DNA of 62,209 bases, counting the filler. It is 4 parts of 4 records of this genome, joined end to end, with 100 filler letters (N's around TTAATTAATTAA, not from the genome) between each part and the next. Parts side by side here need not be neighbours in the genome. Positions count along the whole stretch, not along the records: positions 9,557 to 22,039 come from DRR378314_2069; positions 22,140 to 47,454 come from DRR378314_2075; 2 more parts are not named here. One strand, written 5' to 3'. Shown piece after piece: positions 19,275-29,000 of this stretch; positions within the stretch are counted from its first letter, which is position 1, and every line of letters starts with the position of its first letter. The position numbers and the translations under genes are program-made. The notes below the pieces were generated by a model, which was given only the letters and a program-made list of their open reading frames with translations, ran no database searches and was not told the DNA's origin.

Positions 19275-20382
19275 AGTACAGCTGAATAAGATTCCCGCCA
19301 CGGTCGTCACCGGTTTTCTCGGCAGCGGCAAAACCACGCTGTTGGCCAATATTCTGCGCCAAGTCACCGGCAAGCGGATCGCCGTGATCGTCAATGAGTT
19401 CGGCGAGCAGGATATCGACTCTAGCCTTTTGCGCAGCTGTGCGCTGGGGTGTGAAGAGGGTAGCGAAGGCGGGCAGCTAGACGGGGAAGATGGCAGCATC
19501 TATGAGCTGGCCAACGGCTGCATCTGCTGCACCGTGGAAGAAGAGTTTCTGCCGGTGATGAAAAAGCTGGTTGCTCGCCGCAATGATATCGACCACATTC
19601 TGATCGAAACCAGTGGTCTGGCACTGCCTAAGCCGCTGGTGCAGGCGTTTAACTGGCCCGACGTGCGCCAGCACTGCACCGTCGATGCGATTATTACCGT
19701 GATTGATGGCCCCGCGGTAGCCGCCGGCCGTTATGCCAGCGATGTGGATAAGGTCGAAGCCCAGCGTCGCGCTGATGAAAGCCTGGATCACGACCCCAGC
19801 CTGCGTGAGCTGCTTGATGACCAGCTAAGCGCGGCAGATTTGGTGCTGGTCAGCAAGGCGGACCTGCTTAGCCCGGAAGAGCGCACGCAGGTTGAAGCGG
19901 TAATTCAGTCACGGGTGAGCGAATCGGTAAAAACGCTGTTTATCGATCAGACCCAGACCACCGACACCGCCCAGTTGGAAGCGCTGATGGGCATTGGCGC
20001 GGCCAGCGAAGAGCATATTGACAGCATCACTAACCATCACGATAAGCACCACGCTGAAGGCGCGCATCACGATCACGCCCACGATAACTTTGATTCCTGC
20101 GTGATTACCCTAGGTGAAGTGGATGGCGACGCTTTGGCCAGCAAGCTGCAGCAACTGCTGAAAAGCCACGAGATTTACCGCGCCAAAGGCTTTGCGGCGA
20201 TTCCCGGCAAACCCATGCGCCGGGTTATTCAAGCGGTTGGCGAGCGTTTGGAAGGTTACTTCGACCGGCTTTGGAACCAAGACGAGACGCGCCAGACCCA
20301 GCTGGTCATTATTGGCAAATCGCTGGATAGCGCCGCGCTACGTGACGCGCTAACTGAGGCAGAGGTTCAAACGGCTAGCTAA
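19261..20382 (+). CDS. cobW: Cobalt chaperone GTPase CobW
   Basis: KIPATVVTGFLGSGKTT, NEFG, ELANGCICC, ETSGLALPKPLV, SKAD and a His-rich insert. Confidence 0.95.
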   Translation: MQPNKVQLNKIPATVVTGFLGSGKTTLLANILRQVTGKRIAVIVNEFGEQDIDSSLLRSCALGCEEGSEGGQLDGEDGSIYELANGCICCTVEEEFLPVMKKLVARRNDIDHILIETSGLALPKPLVQAFNWPDVRQHCTVDAIITVIDGPAVAAGRYASDVDKVEAQRRADESLDHDPSLRELLDDQLSAADLVLVSKADLLSPEERTQVEAVIQSRVSESVKTLFIDQTQTTDTAQLEALMGIGAASEEHIDSITNHHDKHHAEGAHHDHAHDNFDSCVITLGEVDGDALASKLQQLLKSHEIYRAKGFAAIPGKPMRRVIQAVGERLEGYFDRLWNQDETRQTQLVIIGKSLDSAALRDALTEAEVQTAS

Positions 20383-22039
20383 TGCACTTATTTGCCGCCA
20401 AGCCTGGGGGCTTTGTCGATGATGAAGGCATTATCGACCTGCAACAGAGCCCCGCCGAGGTCGTGATACTGTCCGCCGCTGATAGCAATCTGTCGGCGTT
20501 GGCCCAGGCGGTTGATCGCCTGGGTGAAGCGTACCCCTCGGTACGGCTAGCCAACTGGATGAATTTGGTAAAACCGGCGGCCTATGATCTCTACGAAGAT
20601 CGGGTGCTGGAAAACGCCCAACTGGTCATCGTTTCCCTGCTGGGCGGTAAAGCCTACTGGCAGTACGGCCATGAACGCCTGCTCGCCTGGGCGGCGGCCA
20701 AACCCGAACGCCAGCTGATTTTGGTGCCGGGTTGCGACGCACCTGATGATGCCCTGTTAGAAGATTCCACCATTGCGTTTGATGGCGCTTACCGGGTGTG
20801 GCGCTATTTAAGAGAAGGCGGTGTGGATAACGCCGAGCAGCTGCTGCGCTTTATCGCCAGCGAATGTTTATCGCTTTCTCTGGCATGGCAGGAGCCGAAA
20901 GTTATTCCGGCCGCGGTGATTTATGCGTCGCAAGACCAGCAGGCGCTAAGCCTTAGCGAGTGGCGCGATCGTCAGGTACCTGGGCGGCCGGTGTGCCTGC
21001 TGCTGTTTTATCGCAGCCACTTGCAGGGGGCGAATACCGCTGTTCCCGACGGATTGCTGGCCGCGCTGAGAGAAAAAGGCCTAGAGCCGCTAGCGGTAGC
21101 CGTGGCTTCCTTGAAAGAGGGGCCGTGCATTGATTTTATCAACCACCTGATTGAACAAACCGGCGCCATGCTGGTAATTAATACCACCAGCTTTGCGGTC
21201 AATCGCAACGCCGACGGCCTGGATGCTCTGGGTGAAAAGCTACCCGACAGCCTGTTTGTGGGGCGTCCGGTGGTTCTCCAGGCGATTCTTGCCAGCAACA
21301 CCTCGGAAGACTGGCAGGACATGGCCGCCGGACTGCATAGCCGCGATGTGGCGATGCAGGTGGTGCTCCCCGAGATGGATGGTCGCATTATCACCCGGGC
21401 GGTGGGGTTTAAAGCCGAAGCCCACTACAGCCAGCGCTGCCAGCTGGCGGTGACCCACCACGTGATTCATCCAGAACGGGCCGCCTTTGTCGCTGAGCTG
21501 GCGCGGCGCATCTGTTCGCTACGGCTAACCCCCAATGGGCAGAAGCGTATCGCGCTGATTATGGCTAACTACCCCAATCGCGATGGCCGGATCGGTAACG
21601 GGGTCGGGCTGGATACGCCCGCGTCGACGCTGCAGATTCTAGGCGCCCTGAAAGAGACGGGTTATCCGTTAAGCGAGCTACCGGAAAATGGCGATGCGTT
21701 GATCCGCCAACTTCAGGGCGCGGTGACCAACGATCACGGCAGCCTCGACCAGCGCGCCTGCTGGCAGAGTATCAGCGTTGATGATTACCTAGCCTGGTTT
21801 AAAACCTTGCCCAGCGAGCTGCAAGAAACCGTATGTACGCGCTGGGGGACGCCTCACGAAGACCCCAAATGCCGCCAGGGGCGTTTGATGATCGCCGGTA
21901 TTCGCTTAGGCGAAACCTTTGTGGGGATCCAGCCGGAACGCGATTTTATCGACGATCTCACCCAGTCCTATCACGATATGGAGCTGGTGCCGCCCCACAG
22001 CTATCTGGCGTTTTACTACTGGCTGCGCGAGCACTATCA
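20382..22039 (+). CDS. cobN: Cobaltochelatase subunit CobN (3'-truncated at the contig end)
   Basis: MHL.AAKPGG, LPEMDGRI, ANYPNRDGRIGNGVGLDTP, VGIQP.R and YHD..LVPPH.YLAFY.WL. Confidence 0.95.
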
Positions 22040-22139
22040 NNNNNNNNNNNNNNNNNNNNNNNNNNNNNNNNNNNNNNNNNNNNTTAATTAATTAANNNNN
22101 NNNNNNNNNNNNNNNNNNNNNNNNNNNNNNNNNNNNNNN
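22040..22139. other. Artificial contig spacer
   Basis: 44 N + TTAATTAATTAA + 44 N. Confidence 0.98.
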
Positions 22140-22140
22140 G

Positions 22141-23583
22141 ACCATCGCCAAGGCGGAGCTGTGGAAAGTCGGCCAGGTCAAACCCGGTGACACCGTCCGC
22201 TTTGTCGCCATTGATAACGACACCGCCGTGAAGCTCTCCGAACGCCAGGAACTGGCGATCAAGAGCCTGATGGCACCGCCGATGCCGGAGCTGGCGGCGG
22301 CCGACCTTGCGCCACTGAACGGCCTGTCGGCCACCATCCTCGCCCACCTGGAGGGAACCGACGGCCGCCCGGAAGTTACCTATCGCCAGGCTGGCGACCA
22401 GTACATCCTGCTGGAATACGGCCCCAATGTGATGGATCTGGGCGTACGCATGCGCATACACGCCTTGATGGAAGCCATCGCCAACTTACAGCCCAATGGC
22501 CTGCTGGAACTTTCGCCCGGCGTGCGTTCCCTGCAACTGAGGTACGATGCGAGAATCCTGCCGCAACAGGCGCTGATGGAATACCTGCTGGACCTGGAGG
22601 GCACTCTGCCGCCCACGGACGAACTGACAGTCCGCAGCCGCGTGATCCACCTGCCCATGGCCTTCGAAGACAGCGCCACGCTGGCAGCGGTGGACAAGTA
22701 CCGCCAGTCCGTCCGCGACACCGCGCCCTGGCTGCCCAACAACGTCGACTTCATGCAACGCATCAACGGCCTGCCCAGCCGTAAAGACGTGCGGGATGTG
22801 CTGTTCTCCGCCCGTTACCTCGTGCTGGGCCTGGGCGACGTCTACCTTGGCGCCCCCTGCGCCGTGCCACTGGACCCAAGGCACCGGTTGCTGACGTCCA
22901 AATACAACCCGGCAAGAACCTACACCGCCGAAGGCACCGTGGGCATCGGCGGCGTATACATGTGCATCTACGGCATGGACTCCCCCGGCGGCTACCAACT
23001 CGTCGGCCGCACCCTGCCAATCTGGAACAAGTACCTGAAAAACCCCCAGTTCGCCGAAGGCGCCCCCTGGCTGCTGCGGTTCTTTGACCAGGTATGCTAC
23101 TACCCGGTGACCGAAGCCGAACTGGATGAGATGCGCGACCAGTTCCGCGCCGGCAAGCTGGAAGTAAAAATCGAGGAAGAAACCTTCGACCTCAAATCCC
23201 ACCAGGCCTTCCTCGACGCCAACGCCGATTCCATCGCCGACTTCCGCAAGATGCAGCAGGCAGCCTATGCCAAGGAAGTGGCCCTGTGGAAAGACAGCGA
23301 AGCCGCGGAACTCGACAAACTGGCCAAGGCATCACCCAGCCCTGAGGCCTGCGACCTGGAGAAATTCGGGGAACTGGTGAGCGCCGATATCGCCGGCAAT
23401 ATCTGGAAGTGCCTGGTAAAGCCAGGTGATACAGTGGCGCTGGGTGATCCATTGGTGATTGTCGAAGCGATGAAGATGGAGTTCGAAGTCAATGCGACGA
23501 TTGCCGGTGAGATCAGCGCCATGCACGTAGAGCCTGGCAAGGCTGTCACCCCCGGCGAACCCCTGCTCAGCATCAGGATCTGA
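22141..23583 (+). CDS. uca: Urea carboxylase family, C-terminal part (carboxyltransferase + biotin carrier; 5'-truncated)
   Basis: Frame open from the contig edge (ELWKVGQVKPGDTVRF); LGDVYLGAP, KYNPARTYT, GIGG.Y.CIYGMDSPGGYQLVGRT and EAMKM biotinylation motif. Confidence 0.92.
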   Translation, partial: TIAKAELWKVGQVKPGDTVRFVAIDNDTAVKLSERQELAIKSLMAPPMPELAAADLAPLNGLSATILAHLEGTDGRPEVTYRQAGDQYILLEYGPNVMDLGVRMRIHALMEAIANLQPNGLLELSPGVRSLQLRYDARILPQQALMEYLLDLEGTLPPTDELTVRSRVIHLPMAFEDSATLAAVDKYRQSVRDTAPWLPNNVDFMQRINGLPSRKDVRDVLFSARYLVLGLGDVYLGAPCAVPLDPRHRLLTSKYNPARTYTAEGTVGIGGVYMCIYGMDSPGGYQLVGRTLPIWNKYLKNPQFAEGAPWLLRFFDQVCYYPVTEAELDEMRDQFRAGKLEVKIEEETFDLKSHQAFLDANADSIADFRKMQQAAYAKEVALWKDSEAAELDKLAKASPSPEACDLEKFGELVSADIAGNIWKCLVKPGDTVALGDPLVIVEAMKMEFEVNATIAGEISAMHVEPGKAVTPGEPLLSIRI

Positions 23584-23617
23584 ACGCTGAGGCGTCCGGT
23601 AACGAAGGGAAAAAAGA

Positions 23618-24325
23618 ATGGCAACGTACACCAAAAGAAAAGAGTCCATGGCAGACAGGGTTTACGAAGCCCTGAAGGACGACATCTTTGAGTTCCGCCT
23701 GATCCCCGGCGACAAGTTCAGCGAAGGGGACATAGGCACACGCCTGGATGCCAGCCGAACGCCGGTGCGGGAAGCCCTGTATCGCTTGCAGCGCGAGGGT
23801 TTCGTGGAAGTGCTGTTCCGCAGTGGCTGGCAGGTAAAACCTTTTGACTTTGAGCAGGTTGAAGAACTCTACGACCTGCGAATCACCCTCGAACGGGCCG
23901 CCATGCACAAGATCTGTCAGCAGCCCGAAATCCCCCAGACCGTGCGCACCCTCACCGCCATCTGGAACCCCGACCACCCCTCTGAGCGCGCCGTGGGCAG
24001 TACCGTGCGAGCGCTGGACGAAAGCTTTCACTGCGACCTGGTCGCCGCTGCGGGCAACCGGGAAATGACGCGAATTCACCGGGAAATCACCGACCGCCTG
24101 CGGATCATCCGCCGGCTGGACTTCACCCGCGACGATCGTATCGACGCCACCTACCGGGAACACGCGCAAATACTGGAGGCGATTCGCAGTGGCCACGCCA
24201 TCGACGCGGCAGATCGGCTGACAAGCCATATTCGCATCAGCCAGAAGGCGGTGCGCGAGATTACCATGGAGAAAATCCGCGAAGCGGCGGAGGCCCATCA
24301 GTCCTGGGCAAAGGGCAACCCATAA
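23618..24325 (+). CDS. GntR family (FCD) transcriptional regulator
   Basis: SRTPVREAL..L..EG wHTH; D..FH and EH..I FCD motifs. Confidence 0.92.
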   Translation: MATYTKRKESMADRVYEALKDDIFEFRLIPGDKFSEGDIGTRLDASRTPVREALYRLQREGFVEVLFRSGWQVKPFDFEQVEELYDLRITLERAAMHKICQQPEIPQTVRTLTAIWNPDHPSERAVGSTVRALDESFHCDLVAAAGNREMTRIHREITDRLRIIRRLDFTRDDRIDATYREHAQILEAIRSGHAIDAADRLTSHIRISQKAVREITMEKIREAAEAHQSWAKGNP

Positions 24326-24383
24326 TTCCCGCAAAAACGTGAACTTACATTCATTTTTAGCGCGGTGGATTTGATTACAAATC

Positions 24384-24401
24384 TGTAAGAGATATCGCAC
24401 A
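24384..24401 (+). promoter_or_regulatory. GacA/UvrY box upstream of the GGA-rich sRNA
   Basis: TGTAAGAGATATCGCACA, compared with the consensus TGTAAG-N6-CTTACA; a TAGAAT -10 element follows at 24445-24450. Confidence 0.75.
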
Positions 24402-24457
24402 GCCGACGGAGCGAATGTCCGATTTCTTGAGAATAGCTCCCATGTAGAATAGTCAAC

Positions 24458-24650
24458 GTCAAGGATGAGAAGCCGGCAAGGAAAGCTGGCTCAGGGAAGA
24501 CAACTCCAGGGATCAGGAGTCGCCCAGGGAATCAGGGCCGCAGGGATGAACAACAGGGAAGACGCGCACAGGATGTTGCGCCGCCTGAAGGATCAGGCAT
24601 GGGGTCAGCCACGGGCATAGGAATACACGGAATGTGTTCCTGTCCGTGCA
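24458..24650 (+). ncRNA. CsrB/RsmZ-type CsrA-sequestering small RNA (ends approximate)
   Basis: About 12 GGA motifs in about 190 nt, many as AGGA/AGGGA in hairpin loops (AGCCGGC-AAGGAAA-GCTGGCT; ACTCC-AGGGATCA-GGAGT; GCCC-AGGGAATCA-GGGC; GCCTG-AAGGAT-CAGGC), plus a long 3' hairpin; intergenic. Confidence 0.82.
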
Positions 24651-24755
24651 CTTCTCCATCCTCCGGTTCCACGCTTCTACGCCTACCAGCTCCGCCGCTT
24701 TTACGTCCTGACGGATAATCAGACACGTAAAATCACTTTCAGGAGCAAAGCAAGA

Positions 24756-25025
24756 ATGAAACGCACCCCTTTGATCGCCATGATGGTCCTTCTGTTCAGC
24801 CTGTTTACCGGTTTCGCCCACGCTGAACCCGCCACCATCAACATTAACACCGCCGACGTTGAAACCCTCGCCAACCTCAACGGCATCGGGCAGAGCAAGG
24901 CCGAAGCAATCGTGGCCTACCGCGACGCCAACGGCCCTTTCCAGTCTGCTGAAGAACTGGACAACGTCAAAGGCATTGGCGCAGTGACTGTCGAGAAAAA
25001 CGCTGACCGCCTGACGGTGGAATAA
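24756..25025 (+). CDS. comEA: ComEA family helix-hairpin-helix DNA-binding protein
   Basis: Signal peptide; ININTA..L..L.GIG..KA.AIV.YR..NG.F and L..VKGIG. Confidence 0.92.
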   Translation: MKRTPLIAMMVLLFSLFTGFAHAEPATININTADVETLANLNGIGQSKAEAIVAYRDANGPFQSAEELDNVKGIGAVTVEKNADRLTVE

Positions 25026-25032
25026 GCCTGCC

Positions 25033-25057
25033 GGGCAGTGGCCAACGGCCACTGCCC
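25033..25057 (+). terminator. GC-rich hairpin after comEA (no U-tract)
   Basis: GGGCAGTGGCC-AAC-GGCCACTGCCC, an 11-bp perfect stem. Confidence 0.5.
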
Positions 25058-25192
25058 ACCCACCCTGATTTCTTGTCACGCACACCAACTCCCCATGCGC
25101 AACGACTCCCCATAAAGTCGTCTGGTAACCCCTCTACCACCGCCCTATTATTGTGTCTGAGAGAGACAATAATAACTTCGAGCGGTCGCACT

Positions 25193-25972
25193 ATGGTTGA
25201 TCCCATCAAGGTTTACCCGGCGAAACCTTCCAAGGTCTATTTCTACGGCACCTGCCTGGTAGATATGTTCTATCCGGACGCGGGCATGGCCGGCATCCAG
25301 TTGCTGGAGCGGGAGGGCATCGACGTCATCTACCCCGAAGACCAGACCTGCTGCGGCCAGCCTGCCTACACCTCCGGCTACCACGACGAAGCCCGCGCGG
25401 TTGCCCGCGCCCAGCTTGGGCTGTTTCCGGAAGACTGGCCCATTGTCGTGCCCTCCGGTTCCTGCGGCGGCATGATGCGCAAGCATTATCCGGCGCTGTT
25501 CAAGGACACCTCCGATGAAGTCGCGGCTGCTGAAATTGCCGGGCGGGTGTGGGAGTTGACGGACTTCCTGGTGAACGTGTGCCACATCAAACTGGATGAC
25601 CTGGGTGAACCCACCACCGTGGCGATGCACACCTCCTGCTCCGCCCGCCGTGAGATGGGTGTGGCGGAAGTGGGCCCCAAGCTGCTGGGGCAGCTGAAAA
25701 ACGTCAACCTTGTCGAACAGGTTCGGGCCGAAGAGTGCTGTGGTTTTGGCGGCACCTTCGCGGTGCGCCACCCGGAGATTTCCGGGGCCATGGTCAGTGA
25801 AAAGGTTGATACCCTGGTGGACACCGGCACCAGCGAATTCGTCACCACCGATTGCGGATGCCTGATGAACATCGCCGGATACGCGGAGAAAAACCAGAAG
25901 CCGGTGACCGGCCAGCACATTCTGAGCTTCCTCTGGGAACGCACCAACGGCGAGGGGGGCAAACACTCATGA
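25193..25972 (+). CDS. lutA: L-lactate utilization Fe-S protein LutA/LldE
   Basis: TCLVD..YP, QTCCGQPAY.SG, PSGSC, CCGFGGTFAV and DCGCL; start re-called at MVDPIK. Confidence 0.92.
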   Translation: MVDPIKVYPAKPSKVYFYGTCLVDMFYPDAGMAGIQLLEREGIDVIYPEDQTCCGQPAYTSGYHDEARAVARAQLGLFPEDWPIVVPSGSCGGMMRKHYPALFKDTSDEVAAAEIAGRVWELTDFLVNVCHIKLDDLGEPTTVAMHTSCSARREMGVAEVGPKLLGQLKNVNLVEQVRAEECCGFGGTFAVRHPEISGAMVSEKVDTLVDTGTSEFVTTDCGCLMNIAGYAEKNQKPVTGQHILSFLWERTNGEGGKHS

Positions 25973-27408
25973 GCGAGACGGCACACCACTCAGCCCATCA
26001 CATCGATGTAAAAGAGTTCCACCCGCGCGCACGGGCGGCCATCCACAACCCGCAGGTTCGCCAGAACTTCCGCAAGGCGATGGACGGCCTGATGACCAAG
26101 CGCAAGTCCGCCTTCGAGGGCTGGGATCTGGAAACCCTGCGGGACCTGGGCGCCAATATCCGACTGCGGGCACTGGCCAACCTGCCGGATTTGCTGGAGC
26201 AACTGGAACAGAAACTGACCGAAAACGGCATCACCGTGCATTGGGCGACCGATGGCGATGAGGCCTGCCGCATTGTGCGGGACATCTGTGTGGCGCGGGA
26301 CGCCAAGACCGCGATCAAAGGCAAGTCCATGGTCTCCGAGGAAATGGAACTGAACCATTACCTGGAGGCACAGGGCATCGAGGCCCTGGAGTCGGATCTT
26401 GGCGAGTACATCGTGCAACTGGCGGAAGAAACCCCCTCGCACATCATCATGCCGGCGATTCACAAGAACACCGGCGAAATCTCCCAGTTGCTGCACGATA
26501 AAACCGGCACCGACCTTTCCAACGACGTGGAATACCTGACCGCAAACGCCCGGCTGCAATTGCGGGAAAAGTTCCGCAATGCCGACGTGGGGATTTCCGG
26601 CGTCAACTTCGCCGTTGCGGAAACCGGCACCCTGTGCCTGGTGGAAAACGAAGGCAATGGCCGCATGACCACCACCGTACCGCCCTGCCACATTGCCGTG
26701 ACCGGCATCGAGAAGGTGGTACCGAACCTGGAAGACGTCACTGCCCTGCTGGCGCTGCTGACCCGATCCGCCACCGGCCAGCACATCACCACCTATTTCA
26801 ATATGATCTCCGGCCCCCGCAAGGCCAATGAGATGGACGGCCCGGAAGAGGTTCACGTGGTGCTGGTGGACAATGGCCGCTCCACGATTTACCAGGACGA
26901 CGAGCTGCTGGACACCCTGCGCTGTATCCGTTGCGGCGCCTGTATGAACCATTGCCCGGTGTACACACGTGTGGGCGGCCATGCCTATGGCACCACGTAC
27001 CCCGGGCCCATCGGCAAGATTCTGATGCCCCACATGGTCGGCCTGGATGAAGGCAGGCATCTGCCCACCGCGTCGAGCCTGTGTGGCGCTTGCGGCGAAG
27101 TCTGCCCGGTGAAGATTCCGATTCCGGACCTGCTGGTGCGGCTGCGCCAGGAATCCGTGGACGGCGATAAACTGCATCCCGCCAAGGTTCGCGGCCACGG
27201 CGCCAAGCGCAGCAGCGTGGAAGCCATGATCTGGAAAGGCTGGAGCTGGATGCATGCCAGGCCGGGGCTGTATCGGCTGGGCACCAGCCTGGGCGCACGG
27301 TTCCGCAAACTGCAGCCAGGCAAGGTGGGCGCCTGGACCCGATACCGAACGGCCCCAAAACTGGCGCCCAAAACCCTGCACGAACGCATGAAGGAGCGTG
27401 GCCAATGA
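25969..27408 (+). CDS. lutB: L-lactate utilization Fe-S protein LutB/LldF
   Basis: KGKSMVSEE, ESDLGEYIVQL, ENEGNGR, CIRCGACMNHCPVY and SSLCGACGEVCPV; start at MSETAH with an ATGA overlap. Confidence 0.94.
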   Translation: MSETAHHSAHHIDVKEFHPRARAAIHNPQVRQNFRKAMDGLMTKRKSAFEGWDLETLRDLGANIRLRALANLPDLLEQLEQKLTENGITVHWATDGDEACRIVRDICVARDAKTAIKGKSMVSEEMELNHYLEAQGIEALESDLGEYIVQLAEETPSHIIMPAIHKNTGEISQLLHDKTGTDLSNDVEYLTANARLQLREKFRNADVGISGVNFAVAETGTLCLVENEGNGRMTTTVPPCHIAVTGIEKVVPNLEDVTALLALLTRSATGQHITTYFNMISGPRKANEMDGPEEVHVVLVDNGRSTIYQDDELLDTLRCIRCGACMNHCPVYTRVGGHAYGTTYPGPIGKILMPHMVGLDEGRHLPTASSLCGACGEVCPVKIPIPDLLVRLRQESVDGDKLHPAKVRGHGAKRSSVEAMIWKGWSWMHARPGLYRLGTSLGARFRKLQPGKVGAWTRYRTAPKLAPKTLHERMKERGQ

Positions 27409-28064
27409 GTTCCCGAGACGCCATTCTCCAACGCCTGCGCAACCGCACCGGCGGTGAACTGACCGCCCCGGAATGCGATTTCTCCGTACTCGACCGGCCG
27501 GACTGGAGCACCGCTGAACGGCTGGACATGTTCGAACAGACCATCGAGTCGGTTCACGGCGAAGTGCATCGTACAACGGAATCCGGCTGGATAGACCGGT
27601 TGGCTGAGATCCTCCAGAGCCGCGGTGCCGAGACCCTGCTGATTGCCAAGGAACACGAAATCGGCCAGGCCCTGAAAAGCGCCACGAAAAACCGCGAGGA
27701 CCTGCCCCAGCTATTGGTGTACGACGAACCCATTGAAAGCTGGCAGGAAGCTTTGTTCAGCGAGGTGGATGCCGGCATCACCTCGACCCGGGGCGGCATT
27801 GCCGAAACTGGCTCGCTGATCCTTTGGCCAACAGCGGATGAGCCCCGACTGATGAGCCTGGTGCCGCCGATCCATATTGCGGTGCTGAAAGCCAGTGAGC
27901 TTTACACCACGTTCCACGATGCCATGCAGGCCCAGAACTGGGCCGCTGGCATGCCAACCAATGCGCTGTTAATCTCCGGTCCTTCGAAGACCGCGGATAT
28001 CGAGCAAACCCTCGCCTACGGTGTCCACGGTCCCAAGGAACTCATCGTACTGGTTATTGAATGA
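27405..28064 (+). CDS. lutC: L-lactate utilization protein LutC/LldG
   Basis: IAETGSL, R..SLVPP.H and ISGPSKTADIEQTL..GVHGP. Confidence 0.94.
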   Translation: MSSRDAILQRLRNRTGGELTAPECDFSVLDRPDWSTAERLDMFEQTIESVHGEVHRTTESGWIDRLAEILQSRGAETLLIAKEHEIGQALKSATKNREDLPQLLVYDEPIESWQEALFSEVDAGITSTRGGIAETGSLILWPTADEPRLMSLVPPIHIAVLKASELYTTFHDAMQAQNWAAGMPTNALLISGPSKTADIEQTLAYGVHGPKELIVLVIE

Positions 28065-28981
28065 TCCGAGGCGCATTACTGATTGCCCTGGCCGCCCTGC
28101 TCTGGGCGACCACGGGTATCGTGGCAAAATTCCTGTTTACCGGCACCGACCTACACGCGGTCACCCTGGGCTTCCTGCGCCTGGTGGTGGCGCTGCCGTT
28201 TTTCTTCGTGCTGATGCGCCGGGAGCAGCGCGTACTTGCCAAGGATTCGACACCCCTGCCGAGATTCACCCGCAAGGCCCTGGTTCCGTTGGTCGCCCTG
28301 GGGTTCTTCCAGGCGGTGTACCAGGGCAGCTATCTGCTGGCCGTGGATATGACGGGAGCGGGTATCGCCACGCTGATTGCCCTGTGCCTGGCCCCCGTGC
28401 TTGTGGCCATCATGGCGGCGCCGTTGCTGGGCGAGAAGCCCGGGCTGGTGACGATACTGGCGCTGGCTGCGGCTATTGCCGGCACCGCGATGCTGGTCGT
28501 CAGCGACATCGACAGTGCTGGCCACCTGCGGTTGGGTGGCATCCTGGTGGCGGTCCTGGCGGCGCTGGTGTACGCCGGGTTCACGCTCACCAGCCGATAC
28601 ACCTCTACGGGCACACCGGTGTTCACCACGGCCTTCATCTGTTTCTTTACCGCCGCGCTGATTCTGCTGCCCGTTGTCGCCCTCAGTGGCGGCTTTGACG
28701 GACTTCAGAGCCTGGGAATCGCACAGTGGCTGATGGTGGGTTACATCGGTGTGGTGCCCACCTGCCTGGGGTATGTGAGTTTCTTTAGCGGTATGAAGAC
28801 AACGCCGGCCACACTGTCGAGCATCATTGTGACCCTGGAGCCACTGTTCGTGGCCATGCTTGCCTGGGTGATTCTGGGGGAGGAGCTGGGGGTCATCGGT
28901 ATCGCCGGGGCGTTGATTCTGACCGCGGCGGTGATCGTGGCATCGCGCAGCAGTGCCGGGAATCGCCCCGACACTGCCTGA
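28061..28981 (+). CDS. EamA/DMT family transporter, translationally coupled to lutC
   Basis: About 10 TM helices; AA.LW.T.G and TLEP motifs; ATGA overlap. Confidence 0.9.
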   Translation: MIRGALLIALAALLWATTGIVAKFLFTGTDLHAVTLGFLRLVVALPFFFVLMRREQRVLAKDSTPLPRFTRKALVPLVALGFFQAVYQGSYLLAVDMTGAGIATLIALCLAPVLVAIMAAPLLGEKPGLVTILALAAAIAGTAMLVVSDIDSAGHLRLGGILVAVLAALVYAGFTLTSRYTSTGTPVFTTAFICFFTAALILLPVVALSGGFDGLQSLGIAQWLMVGYIGVVPTCLGYVSFFSGMKTTPATLSSIIVTLEPLFVAMLAWVILGEELGVIGIAGALILTAAVIVASRSSAGNRPDTA

Positions 28982-29000
28982 TAACGCCGGTTCAGGCGAT

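Noticed and set aside
22141-23583. Assignment as guanidine carboxylase rather than urea carboxylase
   Set aside because: The upstream genes and any guanidine riboswitch lie outside the contig, so this cannot be decided.
24460-24640. CAGGGA repeats considered as a CRISPR array
   Set aside because: Units are only 5-7 nt with irregular spacing and no cas genes; the pattern fits Csr/Rsm RNA.
24513-25088. 191-aa minus-strand ORF over comEA and the GGA-rich region
   Set aside because: No motifs; comEA and the plus-strand sRNA explain the sequence better.
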